Of a DNA stretch of 64,000 nucleotides, positions 1 to 12,071 are shown in pieces (position 1 is the stretch's first letter; each line of letters begins with the position of its first letter). Where the stretch lies: NCBI RefSeq assembly GCF_044704955.1, contig NC_091989.1, positions 9,858,001-9,922,000 of the forward strand, given 5' to 3'. The notes under the pieces were generated by a model that ran no database searches, was not told the DNA's origin, and saw only the letters and a list, made by a program, of their open reading frames with translations. The stretch comes from Pristiophorus japonicus (Eukaryota). The position numbers and the translations under genes are program-made.

Positions 1-335
1 AGTACTGTTGGAAGTGTAGTAATGTAGGAAACGCAGCAGCCAATTGCGCACAGAAAGCTCCCACAAACAACAATGTGATAATGACCAGATAATCTGTTTC
101 TGTTATGTTGATTGAGGGATAAATATTGGCCAGGACACCGGGGATAACTCCCCTACTCTTCAAAATAGTGCCATCGGATCTTTTACGTCCACCCAAGAGA
201 GCAGACAGAGCCTTGGTTTAACGTCTCATCCGAAAGACGGCACCTCCAACAGTGCAGCACTACACTGGAGTGTCAGCCAAGATTGATGTGCTCAAATCTC
301 TGGAGTGGGACTTGAACCCATAACCTTCTGAACAG
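1..335 (-). mobile_element. Deu-domain SINE copy
   Basis: Reverse-complement match to 18178-18630. Confidence 0.85.
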
Positions 336-862
336 ATGGCTTTGGATTTGGCAATGTTAAGTAGATGTTGGACAAACAGTCATGCAGCACACTGATCGCT
401 GTGGAGTCTAAAGTGACTACGGGAGCCAGAGCTGTTGTCAGCATATATACGATAGCTCACCCTGTGTCTATGGATGTTTACGAGGGCAGCAAGTAGACGA
501 GGAATAGGAGGGAGCACAAGGAAGGAGCCGTGGAGCACTTCTGAGATGACCATGTGGGGACAAGACAAACCACTGCAGATAATGTGCTGGGTGCTTAGGA
601 TCAGGTAACATGGAGGTGGACCACATCGGAAAAAAGATGCAGGAGGATGTGGTGACTGACTAGGTCAAGTGCCACACAGTTTGAGACAGCCAAGGAGGGA
701 CAGCAAACCACAGTCATGGTCACCACAGGTGGTCCTGATGCAGTGGACAGGGTGGAAACCAAATGGAAAAGATTCCAACAGAGAATGGACAATGTGAGTA
801 TGCACCTGGGTGCCCATGGGGAGAGACATGATAATAATTCCTCATCAAAGGTCTAACTCGGT

Positions 863-1253
863 ATAGAAACATAAAAAATAGCAGTAGTAGGCCATTCGGC
901 CCTTCAAGTCTGCACCGCCATTCAATATGATCATAGCTGATCCTCTATCTCAACACCATATTCCTGCTTTTTCCCCATACTCCTTGATGCCTTTTGTGTC
1001 TAGAAATCTATCTATCTCCTTCTTAAATATATTCAGTGACTTGGCCTCCACAGCCTTCTGTGGTAGAGAATTCCACAGATTCACCATCCTCTGAGTGAAA
1101 AAATTTCTCCTCATCTCGGTCCTAAATTTCTTACCCCGTATCCTGAGATTGTGACCCCTTGTTCTAGACTTCCCAGCCAGAGGAAACATCCTCCTCACAT
1201 CTGTCTGTCCAACCCAGTCAGAATTTTATACTTTTCAATGAGACCTTCTCTCA
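863..1253 (-). mobile_element. CR1 LINE 3' fragment, ~20 nt from the KIN exon 5 donor
   Basis: RTRGHNLRIRG...FFTQRMVNLWNSLP ORF2 C-terminus; CR1 3' hairpin and tail. Confidence 0.9.
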
Positions 1254-1272
1254 TGAAGTATCAATGGCTTAC

Positions 1273-1454
1273 CTCCTCTTTTCCTTCTTTTCCTCTCCTA
1301 ACTAGCTCTTCAATAAACTTGGCATTTCTTTCCTCATCATCCAGCTCCTGCTTCTTCTTTTTCTCCAGTTCCTGTTGTCTACAAATGGTTTCTGGATCTC
1401 GATCGATGTATTGAACGTACCAGCCCTTTGGGGTTTCATCCACTTTGCAGTATC
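1273..1454 (-). CDS. KIN: KIN17 exon 5 (182 nt); no later exons found in this window, so the gene presumably continues past the left edge
   Basis: ttcAG|(G)YCKVDETPKGWYVQYIDRDPETICRQQELEKKKKQELDDEERNAKFIEELVRRGKEGKEE|GTAAG. Confidence 0.96.
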
Positions 1455-1874
1455 CTGAACAAATGAGAAAACAATGACAGTTGGGGTGATCGATTTGTGC
1501 AAGTTCATGTTTGATGTTTACAACTGACTGAACAGTACATTTAAAGCACACGAATTTCAAACAGCCCACCTGATCACTGAGGTTTAGTGTGAGGATGAAT
1601 ATGATGTGGACTGCTCCATTACAACTTGCTTGCCTCAAACTATGATTCTTCACGAAAACAATGAGACTTTCATCAGTTTTAATGCACTGTTGTCCAGCGA
1701 TGCCAGTCTTTGTTTTGCAATCTCCATTTTTGTGTTAAAGTGATGGAGAAACTTGATCCATACACCACAGATTGCAAAACTAATGCAGGGGCCATTTTTT
1801 TTTTAATAAAGAGGGTATAAAGAGGTAAAAAAAATAACTAGCCCAAGAATAACAATCATGCAGATATTACTCAC

Positions 1875-1997
1875 CTTCTCTGCCTAGCCATTTGGTGAAG
1901 TCAGTCAGTGTCTCCCACATTGTTGCATTCATATGTACATGCTCCCGGTGACTGATGTATTCATTGTAGATAACATTGTTGTGAACTCGTTTGGTTC
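1875..1997 (-). CDS. KIN: KIN17 exon 4 (123 nt)
   Basis: tttttAG|(G)TKRVHNNVIYNEYISHREHVHMNATMWETLTDFTKWLGRE(G)|GTGAG; winged-helix region. Confidence 0.96.
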
Positions 1998-2361
1998 CTA
2001 AAAAAACAGGCCATTTATCTTATTGCTAGAAGAAATTAATATCGTAGAAACAACATTTATGCTAATATTAGATCTATAGCAGAAGAAAAGAAAGACTTGG
2101 GATTTATATAGCGCTTTTCACGACCACCGGACGTCCCAAAGTGCTTTACAGCCAATGAAGTACTTTTTGAAGTGTAGTCACTGTTGTAATGCAGGAAATT
2201 AATATCAAGCTACGTCAAACACATGGGGGTGAGATAGTGGTGCTGGTACTCCCACATGTGGTGTCAGTGGTAGACATCTAATTCTCCATCCATCACTGCT
2301 ATTTCCCATGTGGAAAGGTCTCAAACGCAGATGAGCTGTCAGAGATAGATGCCAAAGAGGA

Positions 2362-2815
2362 TACATAGAAACATAGAAAATAGGAGCAGTAGTGGGCCAT
2401 TCGGCCCTTCGAGTCTGCACCACCATTCAATATAATCATGGCTGATCCTCTATCTCAACATTACATTCTCACTTTTTCCCCCATACCCCTTGATGTCTTT
2501 TGTGTCTAGAAATCTATCTCCTTCTTAAATATATTCAGTGACTTGGCCTCCACAGCCTTCTGTGGTAGAGAATTCCACATGTTCACCACCCTCAGTGAAA
2601 ACATTTCTCATCTCGGTCCTAAATTTTCTCCTCCGTATCCTGAGACTGTGACCCCTTGTTCTAGACTTCCCAGCCAGGGGAAACATCCAGTCTATCCAAC
2701 CCCAACCCCGTCAGAATTTTATATGTTTCAATGAGATCTCCTCTCATTCTTCTAAACTCTAGTAAATACAGGCCTAGTCGACCCAATCTCTTCTCGTATG
2801 ACAGTCCTGCCATCC
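2362..2815 (-). mobile_element. CR1 LINE 3' fragment
   Basis: ACATAGAAACATAGAAA tail; near-identical to 863-1253. Confidence 0.9.
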
Positions 2816-3411
2816 TTCACCACGAAGGAGTTGGTGGAGAATAAATCAGCAAGGAAGTCACTCCAGGTCACTAATAGACATTTCTTGAAATCTGCTCAAC
2901 AACAGTATTGCCAGTACTGTGGGCAGATTATCTGTACAACCTCAGCTACATAACGGCGTGTGCTTTGGGAACATTCTGAGGCGACAAGAAAAAAAACTTT
3001 CAATACCCAAGTTACATGAATGTTTAATTGAATCAGTAGAGCATTCACTTCACATGTTCTACAGCCCCCTTCCTTAGTAAACCTCCAAGTGGAAAATGAG
3101 AGATAGGGGCAAAAAAAACAGATTTTGCCATCATTCTGTAAGGAGACCACATACTGTCAACGAATAATACTGAGCAGACATGCTGAAAAGGGTTGGCATC
3201 CTGCTGGCTTTACATGCTTCATTCTTGGGAACAAATTGAAGCACTATTGGAGAGCAGTGTAAATATCAATACAATCTTATATTAAAAAAATACACAGCGG
3301 TGAACTAACAGCAAATACTGATCACGCTTATTATTAGTTCTCTTCTTTAAATTTCAGCCCTGTTGTGAGCCAAATTAGATCGAAAGAGATTGGCCATCGC
3401 AAAAAACTCAC

Positions 3412-3455
3412 CAAAACGTCTTCTCAGCAGCTCGAGAAATTCATTGCGGAACTCC
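3412..3455 (-). CDS. KIN: KIN17 exon 3 (44 nt)
   Basis: ttttccttccAG|EFRNEFLELLRRRF(G)|GTGAG. Confidence 0.95.
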
Positions 3456-3552
3456 CTGGAAGGAAAAGAAAACTGTATTCAATACACCACCAGGATACGG
3501 TAGCATTTGACATCAAAATGTCACAACTGCAGAGTTATAGAATAGAATTATA

Positions 3553-3889
3553 CGGGTACAACGTCTCAAATCCTGCTGTCCGAAAATCAGAATTGTCCGA
3601 AAACCGGACATTTTTGAGAAAATCCCATTTGATATTCAGTAAAACAAAATCCGGAATTATTGTCCAAAACCTGGCGGGCCGGACTAGTTATCGGCTTTGC
3701 CGCTATGTTTTAAACGATGATCGGTCCGAGCCTTGCCGAATGACCCTCGATCCGACCTGACCTACGCCACCATTAGTACTTTGTCTGTCTCGGTAGCATA
3801 CGTACACTCTTAATTTTCTTGTCCGAAATCCAGAAAAATCTGAAAATCAGCATGGTCTTGATGTTGCCGGATATGAGACGTCGTACCTG
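3553..3889. mobile_element. MITE (Tc1/mariner-pogo type), inserted in the tail of a CR1 3' fragment (3536-4165)
   Basis: TA TSD (3551-3552, 3890-3891); ~21-bp imperfect TIRs CGGGTACAACGTCTCAAATCC / GGATATGAGACGTCGTACCTG; internal TCCGAAA repeats. Confidence 0.8.
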
Positions 3890-5584
3890 TAAAAAAACGA
3901 GGCCATTCGGCCCATCGTGCCTGTGCCGGCTCTCTGAAAGAGCCACCAATTAGTCCCACCCCCATGTTCTTTCCCCAGATGTTTCTGCAAACGTTTCCTT
4001 TTATCAGTAGAGATCCAATTCCCTTTTGAAAGTTACTGTTGAATCTGCTTCCAGCAGCCTTTCAGGCAATTCATTCCAGATCATGCTGAGTAAAATAAAT
4101 TCTCATTACCCCACCCCTGGCTTTTCTTGACAATGATTTCAATTCTGGGTTCTCAAATCTCTAATAGGGTAGTTACACTACACAACTTGCACTCCTCTTG
4201 AAGTAATCTGTGCATTGAAGCAACACAGAATGAGTCCTGTAGCTGCAACACAAATGGCATTAGCTTGGCATTTTGCACAGAATCTGAGATCACCTGCAAG
4301 AAGCAGGCTCACACTGACTTATCGGCTTACAGTACAAGCTTGACCAGTGACAATGCTAGCTTTTGGAACTTTAAAAAGGAAAATTTTAAACAGCCCTGTG
4401 GACTGTCAAATTTTTGAGCATTAGCGGACAGTGCTAAACGTGGGGCAATGCTGTAAGCTCACAATGCTCTAAAAGCAGGCACTGGGGTGACATCAATAGG
4501 TGGAGTACAGAACTATTTCCTTGGTTTCCCATTCACTTATTAAAATTTGCTTCAGGCTTATGAGAAGAGTGGGATAGGGCTAGATAGATGCCTTATGTTG
4601 AGGAAAATACTAGCGCAGACTTGATGGGTTGGGTGACCTCTGTGTGCTGTAACATTCTATGTTATTATTACTACACAGAATATTACACAGAAATTAAAGC
4701 ACAGAATCAGACTATTTGGCTCAACCGGTCCATATCGTTGTTTATGCTCCACACGAGCCTCCTCCCACCCCTCTTCATCTAACTCTATCAGCATAAACTT
4801 CTATTCCTTGCTCCTTCATGGACTTAGCTAGCTTCCCCCTTAAATGCAGCTATGCTATTTGCTTCAACCACACCCTGTGGTAGTGAGTTCCACATTCAAA
4901 CCACTCTCTGAGTAAAGAAGTTTCTCCTGAATTCCTTCTTGGATTTATTAATGACCATCTTATACTTATGACCACTAGTTTTGGATTCCCAAGAGAAAAC
5001 CAGTTATTATGTTAAGAAATTTAAATAAAAATGTATACATTATTGCTATATTAAATATAGAGCACTGTTTCCAAAATGATGGCCTTGGTAATGTCGGGAA
5101 AGGTCCAATAGACTCTATTACAGAATTTAACAGCAATTGTTTAGGCAGGATTCAGACAGCAAATTGAATGATTTTTTTTAAATCATAGCTCCTTTAAAAC
5201 TAGATATATTGCAACAAAACTGTTCAAAGACAATTATCCAAAATGTGCAAAAGGGCAATATAGTCGAGTAACTGTTACTTCGATCAGAGAAGCCTATGCT
5301 TCATCCTTCTGTATACTTTATTACAACATTAAAATATATGAAAGTCACATGATAATGCAATACAGCAACTGGGACTCGCTACCACATGGAGTGGTTGAAA
5401 CAAATGGCATAGTTGCATTTAAGGGGAAGCTAGCCAAGTATATGATGGAGAAAGGAATAGAGGTTATGCTAATAGGGATAGATGAAGAGAAGTGGGAGGG
5501 AGGCTCATGTGGAGCATAAACATCAGCATGGACCAGTTGAGCCAAATGGTCTGTTTCTGTGCTGTAATTTATATGTAATATTCT

Positions 5585-6485
5585 TACATCCGTAAGTCAA
5601 AGGTCCTCCACCAGCCTGCCCTCGCCGCACAGCACTGCCCCCCCAATCATCAAAGTCGACAGCGCGGCCCTGGACAACGTGGACCATTTCCCATATCTCG
5701 GGAGCCTCTTATCAACAAGAGCAGACATTGACGACGAGATTCAACACCGCCTCCAGTGCGCCAGTGCAGCCTTCGGCCACCTGAGAAAAGAGTATTTGAA
5801 GACCAGGCTCTCAAATCTGCCATCAAGCTCATGATCGACAGGGCTGTAGTAATACCCGCCTCCTATATGGCTCAGACACATGGACCATTTATAGTAGACA
5901 CCTCAAGTCGCTGGAGAAATACCACCAACGATATCTCCGCAAGATCCTACAAATCCCCTGGAAGGACAGACGCACCAATATTAGCGTCCTCGACCAGGCC
6001 AACATCCCCAGCATTGAAGCACTGACCACACTTGATCAGCTCCGCTGGGCGAGCCACATAGTTTGCATGCCAGACACGAGACTCCCAAAGCAAGTGCTCT
6101 ACTCGGAGCTCCTTCACGGCAAACGAGCCAAAGGTGGGCAGAGGAAACGTTACAAGGATACCCTCAAAGCCTCCCTGATAAAGTGCAACATCCCCACTGA
6201 CACCTGGGAGTTCCTGGCCAAAGACCGCCCTAAGTGGAGGAAATGCTTCTGGGAGGGCGCTGAGCACCTAGAGTCTCACCGACGAGAGCATGCAGAAATC
6301 AAGCGCAGGCAGCGGAAAGAGCGTGCGGCAAACTTGTCCCACCCATCCTTTCCCTTAATGACTATCTGCCCCACCTGTGACAGGGACTGTGGCTCTCGTA
6401 TTGGACTGTTCAGCCATCTAAGAACTCATTTTACAAGTGGAAGCAAGTCTTCCTTGATTCCGAGGGACTGTCTATGACGATGATG
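5585..6485 (+). mobile_element. RTE (BovB/Expander-like) LINE 3' part
   Basis: MPDTRLPKQVLYSEL...GGQRKRYKDTLK...CPTCDRDCGSRIGLFSHLRTH; (ATG)n tail; TSD AATATTCT. Confidence 0.88.
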
Positions 6486-7209
6486 AATATTCTATGTAGT
6501 AATAATATCATAGAATGTTACAGCACACAAAGAGGTCACCCAGCCAATCAAGTCTGCACTTAAAAACTACTGAAAAAGATAATGGCTGCCACTTACTAAA
6601 TTCACGATGATTATAAGATGCTTTTTTTTTTATAAAGGGAAAGGTAAGGGAATAAAACAACAGTTATTTATAAACATCTCAGTGATTGTAAATTTGAGTT
6701 ACTTTGATATACTGGGTAACCCAATTCACTCAATCTTGATATTAATTTTAGTGAAATGGAAATGGAAACTAGAAGTGTATTGGTTTTGTGGGCACTTACA
6801 CAAACATAAGAAATCAACTTTGCAAGATAATTTACGAACTATTTTGAGCAATTTGCTATACTTTTAAGACATAGTTCACCTTTTGAATTTTTCCACACTT
6901 AAAATCATTACAGGTTTAAAAAAAAAGATTTTTCTTTCAGTGATATCAGATACCAGATTTTGAAAGGAGGTGATCAGTAGTGCTTCTATGGGGGTGTGAA
7001 TGGAGCAGGAGCGAATGTAAAAAGCTGAAATAAAGGAGGAACAACTGATCTGGACACAGCAAGGCAGGGAGAAAAGTTGAAAGAAATGGTGTTATTTTTT
7101 TCAGTTAAAACCTTGCGGACCACCCATAAACAATTAGCATGAGCTTCATTACATACCATCATACGGGGCAAAGTTTACATAGGGTCTTTAACTGTCACAC
7201 TGTACATAC

Positions 7210-7304
7210 TCTGAAAAGTAGTCCATGAACTGCTGTGGGTTCTCCGATGCCAGCAGAAGCTGCCGTTGGTGGGATTCGGACATACAGTGGCATTTGAAAC
7301 CATT
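7210..7304 (-). CDS. KIN: KIN17 exon 2 (95 nt)
   Basis: ttccAG|NGFKCHCMSESHQRQLLLASENPQQFMDYFS(E)|GTATGT; phase fits exons 1 and 3. Confidence 0.96.
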
Positions 7305-7787
7305 CTGGAATAAAACATAAAATCACGTAATTACATATTTCAGGGAAGAAAAGACCACTTGCCCATCGAGCCTGACCATCCAATTATTCCCTTTCTTTCT
7401 CAATATCATTTATATTATATCTATTTATAAAATAAAGTAATAAAAATGAATCCTTGCATGTGCAAAGAATCTGTCTGTTTTCTTATGGTAACTATTCAAC
7501 CACCTGAACTGGAAGTTTGTCACATATTCGTACACCGTCTATGAAGTCTCCTCTTAGTCGAGAAAAGAAAAGGTCCCAACATAAACAATCGTTCTTCAGA
7601 GCTTACTCCTTTCAATTCTGGCCTGAATCTTGTATTCCTCTGTGGAATCCACTTCAATAACAAGATAGCCCTTTTGCAGTAGGGGGAACCAAAACTGGAC
7701 ACAATCCAGATGTGGTCATAATAAGAATAAAAAGAAAACTTGCATGTGTATAGCTATAGCCAATTAAGTACTTTTGAAGTTTGGTCA

Positions 7788-8286
7788 CCGGGCCAACATC
7801 CCCAACATCGAAGCACTGAGCAGGCTCGACCAGCTCCGTTGGGCAGGCCACATTGTCCGCATGCCTGACACAAGACTCACAAAGAAAGCGCTCTACTCGG
7901 AACTCCAACTCAGCAAGCGAGCCCCAGGTAGACAGAGGAAACGTTTCAAGGACACCCTCAAAGCCTCCTTGATAAAATGCAACATCCCCACCGACACCTG
8001 GGAGTCTCTGGCCCCAGACCGCCCCAAGAGGAGGAAGAGCATCCGGGAGGGCACTGAGCACCTCGAGTCTCGTTGCCGAGAGCATGCAGAAAACAAGCGC
8101 AGGCAGCAGAAGGAGCTTGTGACAAACCAGATTCCCCACCCACCCTTTCCTTCAACCACTGTCTGCCCCACCTGTGACAGAGACTGTAATTCCCGTATTG
8201 GACTGTTCAGTCACCTAAGAACACATTTTTAGAGTGGAAGCAAGTCTTCCTTGATTTCGAGGGACTTCCTATGATGATGACGACGA
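7788..8286 (+). mobile_element. RTE LINE 3' fragment nested in a SINE
   Basis: QLRWAGHIVRMPDTRL...C2H2 end; ATGATGA tail. Confidence 0.87.
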
Positions 8287-8377
8287 CTGTTATAATGTAG
8301 GAAGCGCGGCAGCCAATTTGCACACAGCAAGCTCCCACAAACAGCAATGTGATAATGACCGGATAATCTGTTTTTTT

Positions 8378-8805
8378 AAATGTATTCGTTCATGAGATGT
8401 GGGCGTCGCCGGCAAGGCCAGCATTTATTGTCCATCCCTAATTGCCCTGGAGAAGAACCTCTGTTCTTTTGTTGGGGTTTGGTACAACCGAGTGGCTCGC
8501 TGGGCCATTTCAGAGGGGCAGTTAAGAGTTAACCACATTGCTGAGAGTCTGAAGTCGCATATAGGCCAGACCGGGTAAGGGCGGCAGATTTCCTTCCCTG
8601 AAGGACATTAGTGAACCAGATGGGTTTTACAACAATTCAATAGTTTCATGGTCACCATTACTAGTACCAGCTTTTTTTATTCCAAATTTCTTTAATTGAA
8701 TTTAAATTCCCCAGCTGCCATGGTGGGATTTGAACTCGTGGCTCAGGATCACTAATCTAGGCCTCTGGATTACTGGTCCGGTAACATCACTATGCTACCA
8801 CTCCT
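8378..8805 (-). mobile_element. Second tRNA-derived SINE family (another copy at 54808-55250)
   Basis: B box GAGTTCAAATCCC; 3' end GGATGGACAATAAATGCTGGCCTTGCCGGCGACGCCCACATC. Confidence 0.78.
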
Positions 8806-11800
8806 GGTTTTAGTGATGTTGATGGAGGGATAAATATTGGCCAGAACATAGACAAAAGATGAATTAAAATCATTGAAATAACTTCTCGATTTTTCAATTC
8901 GACCCCTCAAGAAATAAACCATCATGCTTGGTTTGCTTTTTTTATGGCCTTATTAACCTGTGTCACTACTTTTAATGATTTGTGCATTTGTACTTCCAGA
9001 TCCCTTTGCTCTTCTACCCCATTTAGATTCTTATTTTCCAAGTAATATGCGACCTCCTTATTTTTCTTACCAAAATGTCATATGCCACATGTGTCTGTGC
9101 TAAATTCATTTGACAATTATATGCCCACTCTGCAAGTCTTCTTATAATTTGTTGCAGTCCTCCTCAGTATTGACTATCCCCCCAATTTCGTGTCATCCAG
9201 AAATTTAGGATATTCTATCCTCTTACTGCGTTTTTTGTGGGATCTTGGTTGTACAAATGGCTGCCACATGTCCCCACATAAACAAGGGCACTGCAAAGTA
9301 TTCACTGTCTGAAGTGCTTTGATGTTTTTGAGAGATACAATAAGGCATTATATAAATGCAGCCTTTAATGCTTTAATTTTCTAAGATTCAATTCTTTCTT
9401 TTAATATGGCATTCTTTTATCTAATTCAATGCATTTATCCCATGGGCCTAAACCCGGTGCTGTAATCTATTACATGAGAAAGAGTTAAACATATTAAAAT
9501 CCTGATAAACATTGGCAACTGTCTCAGCCTTACTCACAAGGTCAGCAACTTCATCAAAAAAAAGCGAAGAGATTTGTCAAACAATCCTGATGGCCATCTC
9601 CCATTAATCGATATCCCACATTCTGATACTTAACTCTCATTCACCCCAATTGTCCTTACACTTCCTGTTTCACTCAAACACTTGGGGGGAGGATTTGACT
9701 TAGGCGTGAATGTAAAACATCTGCGACCAGTTATACGTCCTACCTGATATTCAGTTCCAGTGAGCTCAATGGAACTGAATATTGGACAGGGCGTATAGCA
9801 GGCAGCAAGTGCAAAACTGCCCATTTTGCATCCCCCCCTCTATTCTAAATTCTTTCTATAGGAACATAAGAAATAGGAGCAGGAGTAGGCCATTCGGCTC
9901 TTCGAGCCTGCACCGCCATTCAATATGATCATGACTGATCATTCAACCTCAGTACCCCACCCCAGCCTTCTCTCCATACCCCCTGATCCCTTTAGCCGTA
10001 AGGGCCACATCTAACTCCCTTTTGAATATGTCCAACGAACTGGACTCAACAACTTTCTGTGGTAGAGAATTCCACAGGTTCACAACTCTCTGGGTGAAAA
10101 AGTTTCTCCTCATCTCGGTCCTAAATGGCTTACCCCTTAGCCTTAAGACTGTGTCCCTTGGTTCTGGACTTCCCCAACATCGGGAACATTCTTCCTGCAT
10201 CTAACCTGTCCAGTCTCGTCAGAATTTTATACATTTCTATGAGATCTCCTCTCATTCCTCTAAATTCCAGTGAGTATAAGCCTAGCCGATCCAGTCTTTC
10301 CTCATATGTCAGTCCTGCCATCCCCGGAATCAGTCTGGTGAACCTTCGCTGCACTCCCTCATTAGCAAGCATGTCCTTCCTCAGATTAGGAGACCAAAAC
10401 TGCACAATAGTCAAGGTGTGGTCTCACCAAGGCCCTGTACAACTGCAGCAAGACCTCCCTGCTCCTATACTCAAATCCCCTCGCTATGAAGGCCAGCATG
10501 CCATTTGCTTTCTTTACTGTCTGCTGTACCTGCATGCCTAACTTCAATGACTGATGTAGCATGACACCGAGGTCTCGTTGTACCTCCCCTTTTACTAACT
10601 GGTCACCATTCAGATAATATTCTGCCTTCCTGTTTTTGCCACCAAAGTGGATAACCTCACATTTATCCACATTATACTGCATCTGCCATGCATTTGCTCA
10701 TTCACCTAACCTGTCCAAGTCTCCCTGCAGCCTCTTAACATCCTCCTCGCAGCTCGCACAGCTTAGTGTCATCTGCAAACTTGGAGATATTACATTCAAT
10801 TCCTTCGTCTAAATCATTAATGTATATTGTAAATAGCTGGGGTCCCAGCACTGAATCCTGCGGCACCCCACTAGTCACTGCCTGCCATTCTGAAAAGGAC
10901 CCGTTTATTCCCACTCTTTGCTTCCTGTCTGCCAACCAGTTCTCTATCCACGTCAATACATTACCCCCAATACCATGTGCCTTAATTTTGCACATTAATC
11001 TCTTGTGTGGGACCTTGTCAAAAGTCTTTTGAAAGTCCAAATACACCACATCTACTGGTTCTCCCTTATCCACTCTACTAGTTACATCCTCAAAAAACTC
11101 TAGAAGATTTTTCAAACATGATTTCCCTTTCATAAATCCATGCTGACTTGGACCTAACCTGTCACTGCTTTCCAAATGCGCTGCTATTGCATCTTTAATA
11201 ACTGACCCCAGCATTTTCCCAACCATCGATGTCAGGCTAACCGGTCTATAATTCTCTGTTTTCTCTCTCCCTCCTTTTTTAAAAAGTGGGATTACATTAG
11301 CTACCCTCCAATCAAAGAAACTGATCCAGAGTCCATGGAATGTTGGAAAATGATCACCAATGCATCTACTATTTCTAGGGCCACTTCCTTAAATACTCTG
11401 GGATGCAGACTATCAGGCCCTGGGGATTTATCGGCCTTCAGTCCCTTCAATTTCCCTAATACCATTTCCCTCAGTTCCTCCTTCTCGCTAGACCCTCGGT
11501 CCTCTTGTATTTTCGGGAGGTTTTTCGTGTCTTCCTTAGTGAAGACTGAACCAAAGTATTTGTTCAATTGGTCTGCCATTTCCTTGTTATGAATTCACCT
11601 GATTCTGACTGCAAGGGACCTACATTAGTCTTCACTAATCTTTTTCTCTTCACATATCTGTAGAAGCTTTTGCAGTCAGTTTTTGTTCCCTGCAAGCTTA
11701 CTCTCATACTCTATTTTCCCCCTCCTAATTAAACCCTTGCTCCTCCTCTGCTGAATTCAGAGTCCTCAGGTTTGCTGCTTTTTCTGGCCAATTTTATGCC

Positions 11801-12071
11801 TCTTCCGTGGATTTAACACGTTCCCTCATTTCCCTTGTTAGCCATGGTTGAGCCACCTTCCTTTTTCATTTTTACGCCACACAGGGATATACAATTGTTG
11901 CAGTTCATCCATGTGATCTTTAAATGTCTGCCGTTGCCGATCCACCTTCAACCCTTTAAGTATCATTCGCCAGTCTATAATAGCCAATTCACGTCTCATA
12001 CCGTCGAAATTTCCTTTCTTTAAGTTCAGGACCCTAGTCTCTGAATTAACTGTGTTATTCTCCATCTTAAT

